Source: a virus
Taxonomy: Duplodnaviria > Caudoviricetes
Virus record (IMG/VR): IMGVR_UViG_3300036798_000278
Span: 1,546 to 65,545 of that record
Length of the DNA: 64,000 nt
Reading direction: 5' to 3' (one strand)
Position 1 is the first letter of the stretch, and each line of letters begins with the position of its first letter. Below the pieces are notes generated by a model. It did no database searches. It worked only from the letters and a program-made list of their open reading frames with translations, and was not told the DNA's origin. Shown here in pieces: positions 9,443 through 18,820 of this stretch. The translations under genes and the position numbers were made by a program.

Positions 9443-11599
9443 GTGGCCGACTCAAGCCTTCTCTCAATCCTCTCGGGCCAAGACCCGCTCGCGGCGCAGA
9501 TGGTGCCGGGATATCAAATCGCGCAACGCACACAGGCGGCACTCAATCCGGAAAATCCCGGAGGGATCTTAGGGGGGCTGGGGAAGGCGCTGATGGGCCT
9601 CGACAGCGGCGGCCTGCAGCCTGCGGTGCAGAATGTCGTCAATCAGCGGGTCGGCAACCAACAGAACCTCGCGAGCTTGCTATCTCAGCCTGACCCGTTC
9701 AGTGCGCTCGCCAATGCCCGACCAGGCCAGTATTCGCCGCTCTCGGGCGGGACATTGTTGGCAGGCGCGACGCCTGAAAATGTCGCAGACGCGCGACTGA
9801 AGGCGGCTCAAGGGGCGTTGTTTGGAGCCAAGGCCAATTATGCACAGTATCTGATGAGTCATCCGGCGGGCACGGCCGCATTGGGCGCGCTTGGTACTGG
9901 CGCCGGCGCTGGCGGAAGCCCGCCCGGCATGCCGCCGGGAGGCGCCCCGGCCGGTAAAGCGTCTGATCCGCGCGGACTAATTCCGTATATTACGCAGAGC
10001 GCCCAACTGAATAATATTGATCCGGCCACCGCGATAAAGGTTGCCTCAAATGAGGGGCTTGGTACCCCGATCGGAGATGGCGGCACATCCGGCGGTGCGT
10101 TTCAGCTTCACCTTACGCCGGGAGGGAAGGGGGGCGCGGTCGGTGATCAATTCCTGGCGGACACCGGAATGAATCCGCTCGATCCCGCCAACGAAAAAGC
10201 CACAATAGATTACGCGATGCACCATGTTGCGCAGAATGGATGGGGCGCTTTCAACGGCGCCAAGAATGCCGGGATTGGTGAGTTCGAGGGCGTCGCGCGG
10301 CCGAATACGGCTGGTGGGGCAGGAGCCGCGTCGCCGCCGGCGGCAGGGTCGATCACGCCGGCAGAAGCTCAGCGGCGCGCCGATGTAGCCTCTGTGCTGG
10401 GTGAGACGCCGCCAGCGTATATTAATGAGGCGGCGGGACTTCCTTTCGTAGGGCCGAAAGCAGAGGCGACGGCCCGAGGCGAGACTGCAGGGAAGCCTCT
10501 GATTCTTCGGCAGGGAGCCTCGGCATGGATGCAAAATCCACAAACCGGCCATTGGAGTTTGGAGGCGCAAAGTCCAGTGTTGCCGTCTGGCACTGAGCTT
10601 GTGGCCGGCGCCGGTGGAGGCCCCCCGGTGGCTAGAGAAGTACCAGGTGCCAATCAGGCAATCCAAAACCAAGCTCAAGCGACACATACAGGGCAGTACC
10701 GGGCTGAATTAGGCGGCATCCCAGGGGTGAATATCGGGGGTGGCCCACCGCCGGCCGCCGGCCAACAGCCAGCTCAGCAGCCTGCGGTCCCCGGTCAACC
10801 GCCTGGGCAGCCGCCCGCTGCCGCGCCACCGTCTCAACCGGCAAATCAGCCAGTTACAACGCCGCGCGGCACAAAACTCCCCGCGTTAAGCGAGCAGGCT
10901 CTCCCGCAAAGTCCGGAAGAATTGAAGAACGATCTCCCCGAATGGAGAAAAACGACTCAGGAATGGACCAACGCGATTGTTCCCGCAAGACAAGCTGAAA
11001 TGCGGCTGTCAACAATAGCGCAAGCCTTCAAGCTGACGGAGAGCGGGGCGTATGAGACGAATAAGGCACAGTTGGCTGCCCTCGTAAAATCGTTAGGGAT
11101 CAATCCGGCAATTGTCACACAAACCAATCCGGCCGCGGTACAAGAAGCATTGCATGACAACATCTTAACGACGCTTCCGCTGCTGAAGGCGGCAACGCCG
11201 CGTCCTTCACAGACAGAATTTTTGGTCACCAGTGAAAATCGAGAGCATCCAAACATTCAACCGGAAGCAAACCTACGCATGCTATCCGAAGATCTCGCTT
11301 TAGTTCGTCAGGCGCAACAATTACCTCTAGACTGGAATGATGCATTCAAGTCCGGCTGGCGGAATCCGGATTCGTTTTTGGCTCATTGGAACGGCTTAAA
11401 CCCGCTTGAAGATACCCGCTCACAGGTCGAGAAGGAAATTGGGCCACTCAAGGGAATGCCTGGGTTCCAAGCTCCCGGCCAATCGGGGGCGCAATCAGGA
11501 AAACAGAACCTCGACGTGACCGAGGAAGAGTACAATAAGCTGCCGCCCAACGCGGCCTATACAGTGCCGGGCGATCCCAAAGTAATGTATAAGCGCTAA
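9443..11599 (+). CDS. DNA ejection protein with an internal lysozyme/SLT-like muralytic domain
   Basis: ITQSAQLNNIDPATAIKVASNEGL...GDGGTSGGAFQLH...NPLDP...GWGAF segment (~9960-10275). Confidence 0.75.
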   Translation: MADSSLLSILSGQDPLAAQMVPGYQIAQRTQAALNPENPGGILGGLGKALMGLDSGGLQPAVQNVVNQRVGNQQNLASLLSQPDPFSALANARPGQYSPLSGGTLLAGATPENVADARLKAAQGALFGAKANYAQYLMSHPAGTAALGALGTGAGAGGSPPGMPPGGAPAGKASDPRGLIPYITQSAQLNNIDPATAIKVASNEGLGTPIGDGGTSGGAFQLHLTPGGKGGAVGDQFLADTGMNPLDPANEKATIDYAMHHVAQNGWGAFNGAKNAGIGEFEGVARPNTAGGAGAASPPAAGSITPAEAQRRADVASVLGETPPAYINEAAGLPFVGPKAEATARGETAGKPLILRQGASAWMQNPQTGHWSLEAQSPVLPSGTELVAGAGGGPPVAREVPGANQAIQNQAQATHTGQYRAELGGIPGVNIGGGPPPAAGQQPAQQPAVPGQPPGQPPAAAPPSQPANQPVTTPRGTKLPALSEQALPQSPEELKNDLPEWRKTTQEWTNAIVPARQAEMRLSTIAQAFKLTESGAYETNKAQLAALVKSLGINPAIVTQTNPAAVQEALHDNILTTLPLLKAATPRPSQTEFLVTSENREHPNIQPEANLRMLSEDLALVRQAQQLPLDWNDAFKSGWRNPDSFLAHWNGLNPLEDTRSQVEKEIGPLKGMPGFQAPGQSGAQSGKQNLDVTEEEYNKLPPNAAYTVPGDPKVMYKR

Positions 11600-13206
11600 T
11601 GCCGTACGGCGTGGACCCGACCGAGCTGCCAGGTGGGTACGGCGTAGACCCGACCGAGGCACCGCCTGGACCGGCTGCGGTACAGACGGGCTCACCGTCG
11701 TTGATGACGAATTTCCTCTATGGAATGAGGCAGCCGATAGATCAGGCCGCGACTTTGTTGGCAAAGGCGTTTCCGTCGCAAGCGCCCAGCGTTGCCGCCG
11801 CAAATCAGGCGGGGGCTGATGCCGAGAAAGAGTCCGGACTTCCTGGGGTTGCCGGGAAGGTGGCGGAGTTTGCGGGATCTATGGTGCCTCTTGCCGCTGC
11901 GACGCCAGGAGCGATCGGCACGTCGATGTTGGCCCGCCTGGGGTCGGGAGCCGCCACGGGAGCAGTCTCCGGCGCGCTCAATCCGGTCGATCCGAATGAC
12001 CCCAACTTTTGGTCTCAAACTGGTCACAATGCGTTGGTGGGCGGCCTCGCGGGGGGCGCTACTCCTATCGCGTTGGGAGCTGCCGCTCGCGTGGTTAACC
12101 CGAACGCGGTAGATCGCACCGCGCTGCTTCGGGAGGCAGGAGTCTCGCCGACAGTTGGCCAGACTCTCGGCGGCACAGCCGGAAGCATTGAACAGAAATT
12201 GAGTAGCTGGCCGATTGTCGGCGACCTCATTCGATCCGGCCAGTCGAGAGCGCTGGACCAGTTTGACCGCGGCGCCTTGAATCAGGCATTGCAGCCCATA
12301 GGAGAGCAGTTAGAAACGAACAAAATGGGCCGCGACGCTCTGCTTGAGATGAGCAATAAAATTGACAATGCATGGACCGCCGCCATCCCACAAACGGCCG
12401 GGCAATTCGATCCGCAACTGATGAGCGAGATACAGAACCTGCGGACCATGGCGCAATCCACCGCGCGTGGGCCGCAATTTGACAACGTCCTGAAAAGCCA
12501 GATCTTTGATAACATATCGCCCGCAGGGGTGATGAGCGGAGACGCGTTCAAGAACGCCGACAGCGCATTCGGGCAGATCATCCGAGATAACGTCTATGGT
12601 CACGGCGTCCCCTGGGAGGATCGGCAATTCGGTAATGGTGTCAGGACCCTCCAAGCATCAATGCGCGACTGGTTAGGGCGCGTCAATCCGCAGGCGTCAG
12701 AAGATTTAGGAAATGCCAGAACCGCTTATCTGCGTATGCTGCCTATTGAGCGAGCGTCGACAGCGCTGGGCGGCGAACCTGGGGTATTCAGTGCAGCGCA
12801 ACTTCAGGCAGGATCGAAAGCTGTCTCGCCGTCTTTGAAGCAATTCATGACGGGTCAAGCCGTCATGCAGCCATATGCGGAGGCCGGAAAAGCAGTTCTA
12901 GGAAATACCGTGCCGGACTCCGGGACGGCTGGGCGTAGCTTGCTGGCGATGCTTGGGTCTGGCCTCGCGGGGGGAATGGCCGGCCATCAACTGGCGCCGG
13001 AAACGATGGGATACCTAGCCGCGACGGGCATGGGTACCGGCCTCGCTGCGGGCGCCTATTCACCGATTGGCCAACGCTTGGCGACGTTGTTGGCGGCGTC
13101 TCGCCCAGCCGGCGCCCAGCCGGTAGCCAACGCTGTGCGGAATTTCGGCCCGCTCGCCAGCGCTCTCGTCCCGCGGGTCGGGGGCGGATCGAATGCTCCG
13201 CCGTAA
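11599..13206 (+). CDS. DNA ejection/transfer protein
   Basis: 535 aa, Ala/Gly-rich helical protein; third gene of the ejection module; TAATG coupling. Confidence 0.7.
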   Translation: MPYGVDPTELPGGYGVDPTEAPPGPAAVQTGSPSLMTNFLYGMRQPIDQAATLLAKAFPSQAPSVAAANQAGADAEKESGLPGVAGKVAEFAGSMVPLAAATPGAIGTSMLARLGSGAATGAVSGALNPVDPNDPNFWSQTGHNALVGGLAGGATPIALGAAARVVNPNAVDRTALLREAGVSPTVGQTLGGTAGSIEQKLSSWPIVGDLIRSGQSRALDQFDRGALNQALQPIGEQLETNKMGRDALLEMSNKIDNAWTAAIPQTAGQFDPQLMSEIQNLRTMAQSTARGPQFDNVLKSQIFDNISPAGVMSGDAFKNADSAFGQIIRDNVYGHGVPWEDRQFGNGVRTLQASMRDWLGRVNPQASEDLGNARTAYLRMLPIERASTALGGEPGVFSAAQLQAGSKAVSPSLKQFMTGQAVMQPYAEAGKAVLGNTVPDSGTAGRSLLAMLGSGLAGGMAGHQLAPETMGYLAATGMGTGLAAGAYSPIGQRLATLLAASRPAGAQPVANAVRNFGPLASALVPRVGGGSNAPP

Positions 13207-13284
13207 TCGAGCTATGCCTTGGCCTACAGCGACAACCAAGAACGAAGCCAATATCTTCAGCCAGGCCGGATCATCCGGAGCCAT
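13060..13284 (-). CDS. Small membrane-anchored protein, antisense-overlapping the ejection gene
   Basis: MAPDDPAWLKILASFLVVAVGQGIARL...GYRLGAGWARRR; its ATG overlaps the TAA of 13284..13478 (TAATG). Confidence 0.5.
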   Translation of the reverse strand: MAPDDPAWLKILASFLVVAVGQGIARLRRSIRSAPDPRDESAGERAEIPHSVGYRLGAGWARRRQQRRQALANR

Positions 13285-13478
13285 TAGCGCAAGCCTCCGG
13301 TGAAGACAAAATCGATCCCGCGCAGGAACAGCCACGGGATACCAACAAGGATTGCGAATGCGTGCCAGGCCCGAGGATCGGCCAATGCCGCCGACCCTAG
13401 CGGCCCCATCAGAAAGACGATTACCCAGAGCGCCCACCACACCAGCGCGATTCGATCAGCCCAAATGAGAGTTTTCAT
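13284..13478 (-). CDS. Small two-TM membrane protein (superinfection-exclusion candidate)
   Basis: 64 aa, two hydrophobic helices; opposite strand, downstream of the ejection genes. Confidence 0.6.
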   Translation of the reverse strand: MKTLIWADRIALVWWALWVIVFLMGPLGSAALADPRAWHAFAILVGIPWLFLRGIDFVFTGGLR

Positions 13479-13542
13479 GACGCAACCATAAATCGGTTGC
13501 GCAAGCGCCTCGTCAACTAGCCCAAAACAGGAACACCAACAA

Positions 13543-13917
13543 ATGCTTTTACGCGCGCTTCTCGCGGCGCTCGCGCTGTCGTGGCTGATCTCAACTGCGG
13601 CCGATGCGCAGCAAGTCTATGGGCCGCTGTCAAACTGTTCCGGCACAGTAGGCACTACAGCTGCGCCAGTAGCGTTCCCATCATCCGGAAACGGAGGCGC
13701 GGCGCCACAAGTATATTTGATAATGCAGAACAATAATGCAACGGCTGATATCTGGATTAACGCATTGCCTAGCGGCGTAGCCACAACGACGCAACCGTCA
13801 CTTCATATCTTTCCCGGCTCGTCATTTATCTGGAATGGACCAATCGAGCCCGTGCCGCTTAGCCTCTCGATTATCGCGAGCGCGGCGAGTTCGACCTATA
13901 CCTGTTGGTATCGCTGA
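13543..13917 (+). CDS. Secreted beta-sandwich protein (signal peptide, 2 Cys)
   Basis: MLLRALLAALALSWLISTAADA|QQVY, AxA cleavage site. Confidence 0.8.
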   Translation: MLLRALLAALALSWLISTAADAQQVYGPLSNCSGTVGTTAAPVAFPSSGNGGAAPQVYLIMQNNNATADIWINALPSGVATTTQPSLHIFPGSSFIWNGPIEPVPLSLSIIASAASSTYTCWYR

Positions 13918-16900
13918 TTCACGTGAAACGCAAGTCGCTCGCCCCGATCTGGGCCGCTTTGGCGGCCCTTTTCTTTTGCGGCATCGCGAATGCCGGCCAG
14001 GTGGTCACACCGCCGCCGCCGCAGGCGGCGCCCTCTTGCGGCGGCGGCAACTCGGCTCTCGGATACCCGACCTACGGCGGCCCGCTGCAGTGCGGCACGG
14101 CAACGGCGACGGCATCGATCGCCAACGGATCAAACCAACTCGGCGTATACACTGGGCTCAACACGATCGGCCCCCTTACCCCGGTCAATAACGGTCTGCT
14201 GACGTTTTCCGCCACCGGCGTCCCAACGCCGAGCACGACATTGCCGGGCGGCCTCGCTATCCCCGGATTTGCGCCGCTCGCCTCCCCAGCGTTTACCGGC
14301 ACGCCAACGGCACCTACGCCGGCCACGGCGGACAGCAGCACCACAGTCGCCACGACAGCCTTCGTAAAGGCGCAGGCGCTGGGCTTTACGCCGCTTAATC
14401 CTGCCAACAACCTCTCCGACCTCACCAACGCCGCGACGGCCCGCACCAATCTTGGGCTCGGCTCGGCGGCAACCTTCCCAATCGGGCAGAGCGGCTCGGT
14501 CGTACCATTACTCAGCGCGTCGAATACCTTCTCCGGCGCCGCCCTGTTCTCCAGCAGCGTAACCTTCTCCGGCCTATTGGTCGGGACTCAAGTCTCTTGC
14601 TTGGGCCTCAACAGCAGCAACGTCGTCGTCCTGTCGACCCCCGGATGCGGGACCGGGGGAGGCGGCGGCGGTTCCGGGACGGTGGTCAGCGGTACGGGCC
14701 CTGCCGTCGCGCAATATCTTGCGGGCACCGGAACCGTAGTCGGTGCCGTTACGATTAGCGGCGACGCCACCTTGGCTCAAGGCGGCTCGCTGACCGTCAT
14801 CGGGACAGGTGGCGTACCCTTCGCCGCATCCGCCACAACAAACACCACGGTCGCCTCGAACATCACCAGCGGCACCCTGCCCAACGCCCGCATCGTCGCG
14901 CTGCCGAACGCGAACCTTGCCAATTCGACCGTGAGTTTCGCCGGACATTCAGTCTCGCTGGGCGGCGCCAACCAAGCCGTCGCGATCGGCGATCTGTCGA
15001 GCATCTCAAACAACACGATCGTCGGGAACAACAGCGGCGGCTCCGGAGCGCCCTTGGCGCTAACGTCGGCGCAAGTCTCGACGCTGCTGGGGCTTGGCAC
15101 GATTGCCACACAGAACACGAGCGCTGTGTCGTTCAGCGGCGGCACGATTACCGGTGTGACGTTGACTGGCCTTCCGAGTTGTTCCGGCGGGACGGACGCC
15201 TGTCCGAAATCCTACATCGACGCGGTCTCGGGCGGGCAGCCGCCGCATACCCCGGTAGCGGTTTCGACCGCCGCCGTGCTGCCCAACACCCCGGCCTATT
15301 CGAATGGTCCGGGGACCCTGACCTCGGCGAGTAACACGGCCCTGGTGGTTGACGGCACAACCGTATCCACACTCACAACCCGCGTCCTGGTCGACCAACA
15401 AGCCAGTGGCTTGCAAAACGGCATTTACACGCTGACGCAAGCCGGGACCGGCTCGGTGCCCTGGATACTCACTCGCGCCACCGACTTCAACACTGCCGCA
15501 TCGGGCAACATCGCAACCGGCGCTACCGTGCTGGTCACAGGCGGCAGCACACTGGCGAACAGCTCGTGGTCTTTGTCGAACACAGGGACGATCACCGTCG
15601 GCACGACGGCGCTTACCTTCGTGCAGGTCGGGGCGGCGAACTCTTACACCGCCGACGGCACGACGCTGCAGTTGGTCGGCAGTCAGTTCTCGGCACTCCC
15701 TTCTGGAGTGCTCAACGGGATAACCTCGACACCGAATTCATTGCTTTATCGGGGTTCATCGGCGTGGCTGGGTATTTCTCCGGTCAACAGTGCCGTGGTG
15801 ATCACAAGCGGAGCGGGGCTGCCGAGCGAGAGCACGACATTGCCTTCCGGGTTGACGATCCCCGGATATGCTGCCGCATCAGGCATGACGACCGGGCAAC
15901 TCGCGGTCGCAGGCGGGTCGGCGTCCGTCACATCGAGTCAGCCGTTCGGCCCCACGGGGACTTCGACGGTGGTCGAGACCGATAGCGGCGGCCACATTTC
16001 GAATACCCTGATCACCGGACTTCCCGTCGCGAACTTGGCAAGTTCCTCGGTCATCATCGGCTCCACCAGCGTAGCGTTGGGCGCGACTGCGGCGACCGTC
16101 GCCGGCCTCACACTAACGGCGCCGATTATAAATGGCGGGACTCTGTCGGGGACATTCTCAGGCAATTTTACGTCAACCGCAACTGCGCCAATCTTTTCCG
16201 GGCTCGTAGCGGGGACCGTGATCTCGAATGTTGGCATTGATTCGGGCAATCATCTCGTGCTTGGGCCAGCTCCGCTGACTGTGACTGACGGCACGAATCC
16301 TGTCGCCAACACGGCGTCGATTACGGTCGGCAACTGTTTCGCGGTAGGCGGCAGCGCGGGCGCGGCGACCATCAATTCGACGGTCGTGCTCGACACGCAA
16401 AGCGCAAATGCGGCGTTTGCCGTCCCTAGCGCCGACGCCTGCAAGAATGTCGTGCGAACCAATACGACGACACAGTCCGACACGATTGCTGCGGCAGGGA
16501 GCGCGGGCTTCGGAGTCGGGTTTGGGCTTAGTTACGTCACATCCACGGTGGGCAATACGATCACCCCGGCATTGGGCACCATCGGCGGGCTGTCGTCACT
16601 GACCGTTGGCGTAAATCAATATGTCAGCCTTTTTGCCGACAACGCCAACAATTACCGCGTCGCGCTCGGCGTAGCCGCCCCGCCGTCGCAAACCGGGGCG
16701 ACCTGCTACAAGGACAATTTCACATGGGGTCCCTGCGCGCTCGACACCATCGCGACCGGCGTTACGGCGGCGGGCACCACGCAGGGCGGCGCGACCACGC
16801 TGAGCGCGCAAGCCAACGCCGTCGGCACGGCGGCCGGCAGCTGCCCGGTGGGCGGCCCCTACACGTCCTGCAACGGCGTGGTGCTCGCGTCCTCCGTAGC

Positions 16901-17084
16901 GGTCGGCGATCGGCAGACGGTGTGCGCCGACGGCGCGGCCAACGGCTTCCTAACCTATCCCAGCGGCACCGGCACGATCATGAACGGGTCCGCCAGCGCG
17001 GCGGCGCGCGTTGAAGTCAACAGCTGCAACACGTTCGAGAAGGTTACGACAGGTACAAATGGTCATTGGATCGTCGTTCATTAG
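13905..17084 (+). CDS. Tail-fibre protein with an N-terminal signal peptide
   Basis: KRKSLAPIWAALAALFFCGIANA|GQ; fibre motifs APLASPAFTGTPTAPT, NNLSDLTNAATARTNLGLG, KSYIDAV...RVLVDQQASGLQNGIY...WILTRATDFN. Confidence 0.85.
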   Translation: MVSLIHVKRKSLAPIWAALAALFFCGIANAGQVVTPPPPQAAPSCGGGNSALGYPTYGGPLQCGTATATASIANGSNQLGVYTGLNTIGPLTPVNNGLLTFSATGVPTPSTTLPGGLAIPGFAPLASPAFTGTPTAPTPATADSSTTVATTAFVKAQALGFTPLNPANNLSDLTNAATARTNLGLGSAATFPIGQSGSVVPLLSASNTFSGAALFSSSVTFSGLLVGTQVSCLGLNSSNVVVLSTPGCGTGGGGGGSGTVVSGTGPAVAQYLAGTGTVVGAVTISGDATLAQGGSLTVIGTGGVPFAASATTNTTVASNITSGTLPNARIVALPNANLANSTVSFAGHSVSLGGANQAVAIGDLSSISNNTIVGNNSGGSGAPLALTSAQVSTLLGLGTIATQNTSAVSFSGGTITGVTLTGLPSCSGGTDACPKSYIDAVSGGQPPHTPVAVSTAAVLPNTPAYSNGPGTLTSASNTALVVDGTTVSTLTTRVLVDQQASGLQNGIYTLTQAGTGSVPWILTRATDFNTAASGNIATGATVLVTGGSTLANSSWSLSNTGTITVGTTALTFVQVGAANSYTADGTTLQLVGSQFSALPSGVLNGITSTPNSLLYRGSSAWLGISPVNSAVVITSGAGLPSESTTLPSGLTIPGYAAASGMTTGQLAVAGGSASVTSSQPFGPTGTSTVVETDSGGHISNTLITGLPVANLASSSVIIGSTSVALGATAATVAGLTLTAPIINGGTLSGTFSGNFTSTATAPIFSGLVAGTVISNVGIDSGNHLVLGPAPLTVTDGTNPVANTASITVGNCFAVGGSAGAATINSTVVLDTQSANAAFAVPSADACKNVVRTNTTTQSDTIAAAGSAGFGVGFGLSYVTSTVGNTITPALGTIGGLSSLTVGVNQYVSLFADNANNYRVALGVAAPPSQTGATCYKDNFTWGPCALDTIATGVTAAGTTQGGATTLSAQANAVGTAAGSCPVGGPYTSCNGVVLASSVAVGDRQTVCADGAANGFLTYPSGTGTIMNGSASAAARVEVNSCNTFEKVTTGTNGHWIVVH

Positions 17085-17676
17085 GCGCGTCCTCGCTGCG
17101 CTAATCGTAGGCGCGTCGAGTTCTGCTGCTCTGGCGCAAACCGAAGCACCGCACCCGTATCGCGGCGCGGCCAGTGCCCCGGTCTTCATCTCGACTATAA
17201 ACCTCGCGTCGACCGCTCAGTTCTTCCCATTGCCGACTAACTACAATACCCTGTTTGTTAATTGTCAGGGAATGCTTAACGGTACCGGAAACGGTTACAA
17301 TGTGCTCGTCGGTGAAGGCGGCACCCCGACTTGGGAGACCGGCGCTCATTACACAATTGTCAGGTCCGAAATAAGTGCTGTCGGAGGTCAGACAATTTCG
17401 GGAGGGACCGTCCAGACGAGCATCGAAACCCCGCCATTATCGACAGTAACCGCCGGATCTTTATCGCTATACATTGGAAATGTCGCATCGACATCTTTAG
17501 CAAAGATAGTCACCTTTACTAGCACCAGTATCTATGATCCGGACGGCAGATGGTACTATGAAAACGGATCGGGTTATTGGAATAATGACACAAATCCAAT
17601 AACGGGAATCCAGCTAGTACCTACCCCCAGCGGGGGGTTTGCGGGAGGTACGTGCAGCCTCTATGGGATGAACTGA
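17059..17676 (+). CDS. Secreted fibre-tip/lectin-like beta-sandwich protein
   Basis: Start 17059 gives MVIGSSFIRRVLAALIVGASSSAALA|QT; C-terminal ITGIQLVP..G.F.GGTCSLYG resembles phage fibre terminal domains. Confidence 0.75.
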   Translation: MVIGSSFIRRVLAALIVGASSSAALAQTEAPHPYRGAASAPVFISTINLASTAQFFPLPTNYNTLFVNCQGMLNGTGNGYNVLVGEGGTPTWETGAHYTIVRSEISAVGGQTISGGTVQTSIETPPLSTVTAGSLSLYIGNVASTSLAKIVTFTSTSIYDPDGRWYYENGSGYWNNDTNPITGIQLVPTPSGGFAGGTCSLYGMN

Positions 17677-17678
17677 AG

Positions 17679-18242
17679 ATGATGAGATTCGCAGCCATGC
17701 TTGTGCTTGCGCTGATATCGACGGCAGCGCATGGGCAGACCTACTTTGGCGTGCTTACCTCGTCCCCCAATGCCGGGCCGGGCGGGTCGTGCTGCTCGGA
17801 TGTGAAGACGGCGACCGCCAGCAATGTCCCGGTTCCAACGGATGGTTCGTGCGCCGGATGCTCAGTGATTACGAGCGCGCAAGCCAGCGCCTACTTTGCC
17901 GGCGCAGCGGCCCTCCAGCCAGGGATGGCAACTAACCTGTTGGCTGCCGGGGTAGCAATGACGTTTACGTCGACAACGACGGCAAATGATCATTACGCGG
18001 CGACGGACGCGGCTATACAGACCTTATTGAATTTACAGACCGGTAAGGTCGGCATCGGCGCGGCATCGACCGTCACTGTGCCGGGAATTTCTGGTCCGCA
18101 CGTAATGGGTATGCCGGCGTTCCATGATGTCTACAACGCCGTATCCTCATACCATGATGCCGTGCTGGCGGCGCAGGCAACGGCGCTGACAAACAATACT
18201 GCGCCGGTGTTTCCGGTCGCGACGGCAACGAGTTCACACTGA
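17679..18242 (+). CDS. Secreted protein resembling tail-fibre assembly / DUF4376-like proteins
   Basis: MMRFAAMLVLALISTAAHG|QT; LAAGVAMTFTST...YAATD...PH.M...F..V.NAV..Y pattern recalled from fibre-adjacent proteins. Confidence 0.6.
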   Translation: MMRFAAMLVLALISTAAHGQTYFGVLTSSPNAGPGGSCCSDVKTATASNVPVPTDGSCAGCSVITSAQASAYFAGAAALQPGMATNLLAAGVAMTFTSTTTANDHYAATDAAIQTLLNLQTGKVGIGAASTVTVPGISGPHVMGMPAFHDVYNAVSSYHDAVLAAQATALTNNTAPVFPVATATSSH

Positions 18243-18820
18243 TGATGATGTTACGGGCGAGCCTTCTCCTCATCCTCGTTGCTGTGTGGCCTGCGCACGC
18301 TCAGGTCTCGGCAGACGGCACCGTCTCGCCAAATCCGAAAGGGGTGACAGCGCTCACCAACGCGGCGGGCACATGGACCTGGGGCGCAGCCGCGCCGGGG
18401 CGGGCGGGAGAGTATTACATCAACCTGAACGGCTCGCCCTCGGGGGGGGTGGGGATACTCATGGAGGTTGCCAACGGCGGGAAACTCTATGTCGCTACCG
18501 CCACCCAAGGCTGGTACTTGCGGCAGGGTAACGTGTGGGTCCAAAGCGCCCCGCCGCTCACCGGCCCCACAGGCCCCACAGGCCCTCCCGGTCCAGCCGG
18601 AGCGACTGGAGCGACTGGAGCCACTGGTGCGACGGGCGCACCGGGCGCGGCTGGGCCGCCCGCTTCGCTGACGCTCGGCACTCCGGTCGTCGGCGCGACC
18701 TGTAGCCCCGGCGGCAATAGCGAGTTTGCGACCGACCGCACGGTCACCCCGATAGTTATTAAAATCTGGGTCTGCGATCAGACGCTCAAATGGACGGGCC
18801 CCTTCCTGGTGGCGCAATGA
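18242..18820 (+). CDS. Secreted collagen-like protein
   Basis: MMMLRASLLLILVAVWPAHA|QV; 11 consecutive Gly-X-Y triplets. Confidence 0.8.
   Translation: MMMLRASLLLILVAVWPAHAQVSADGTVSPNPKGVTALTNAAGTWTWGAAAPGRAGEYYINLNGSPSGGVGILMEVANGGKLYVATATQGWYLRQGNVWVQSAPPLTGPTGPTGPPGPAGATGATGATGATGAPGAAGPPASLTLGTPVVGATCSPGGNSEFATDRTVTPIVIKIWVCDQTLKWTGPFLVAQ
18563..18661 (+). repeat. Collagen-like (Gly-X-Y)11 repeat
   Basis: GPT GPT GPP GPA GAT GAT GAT GAT GAP GAA GPP. Confidence 0.9.
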
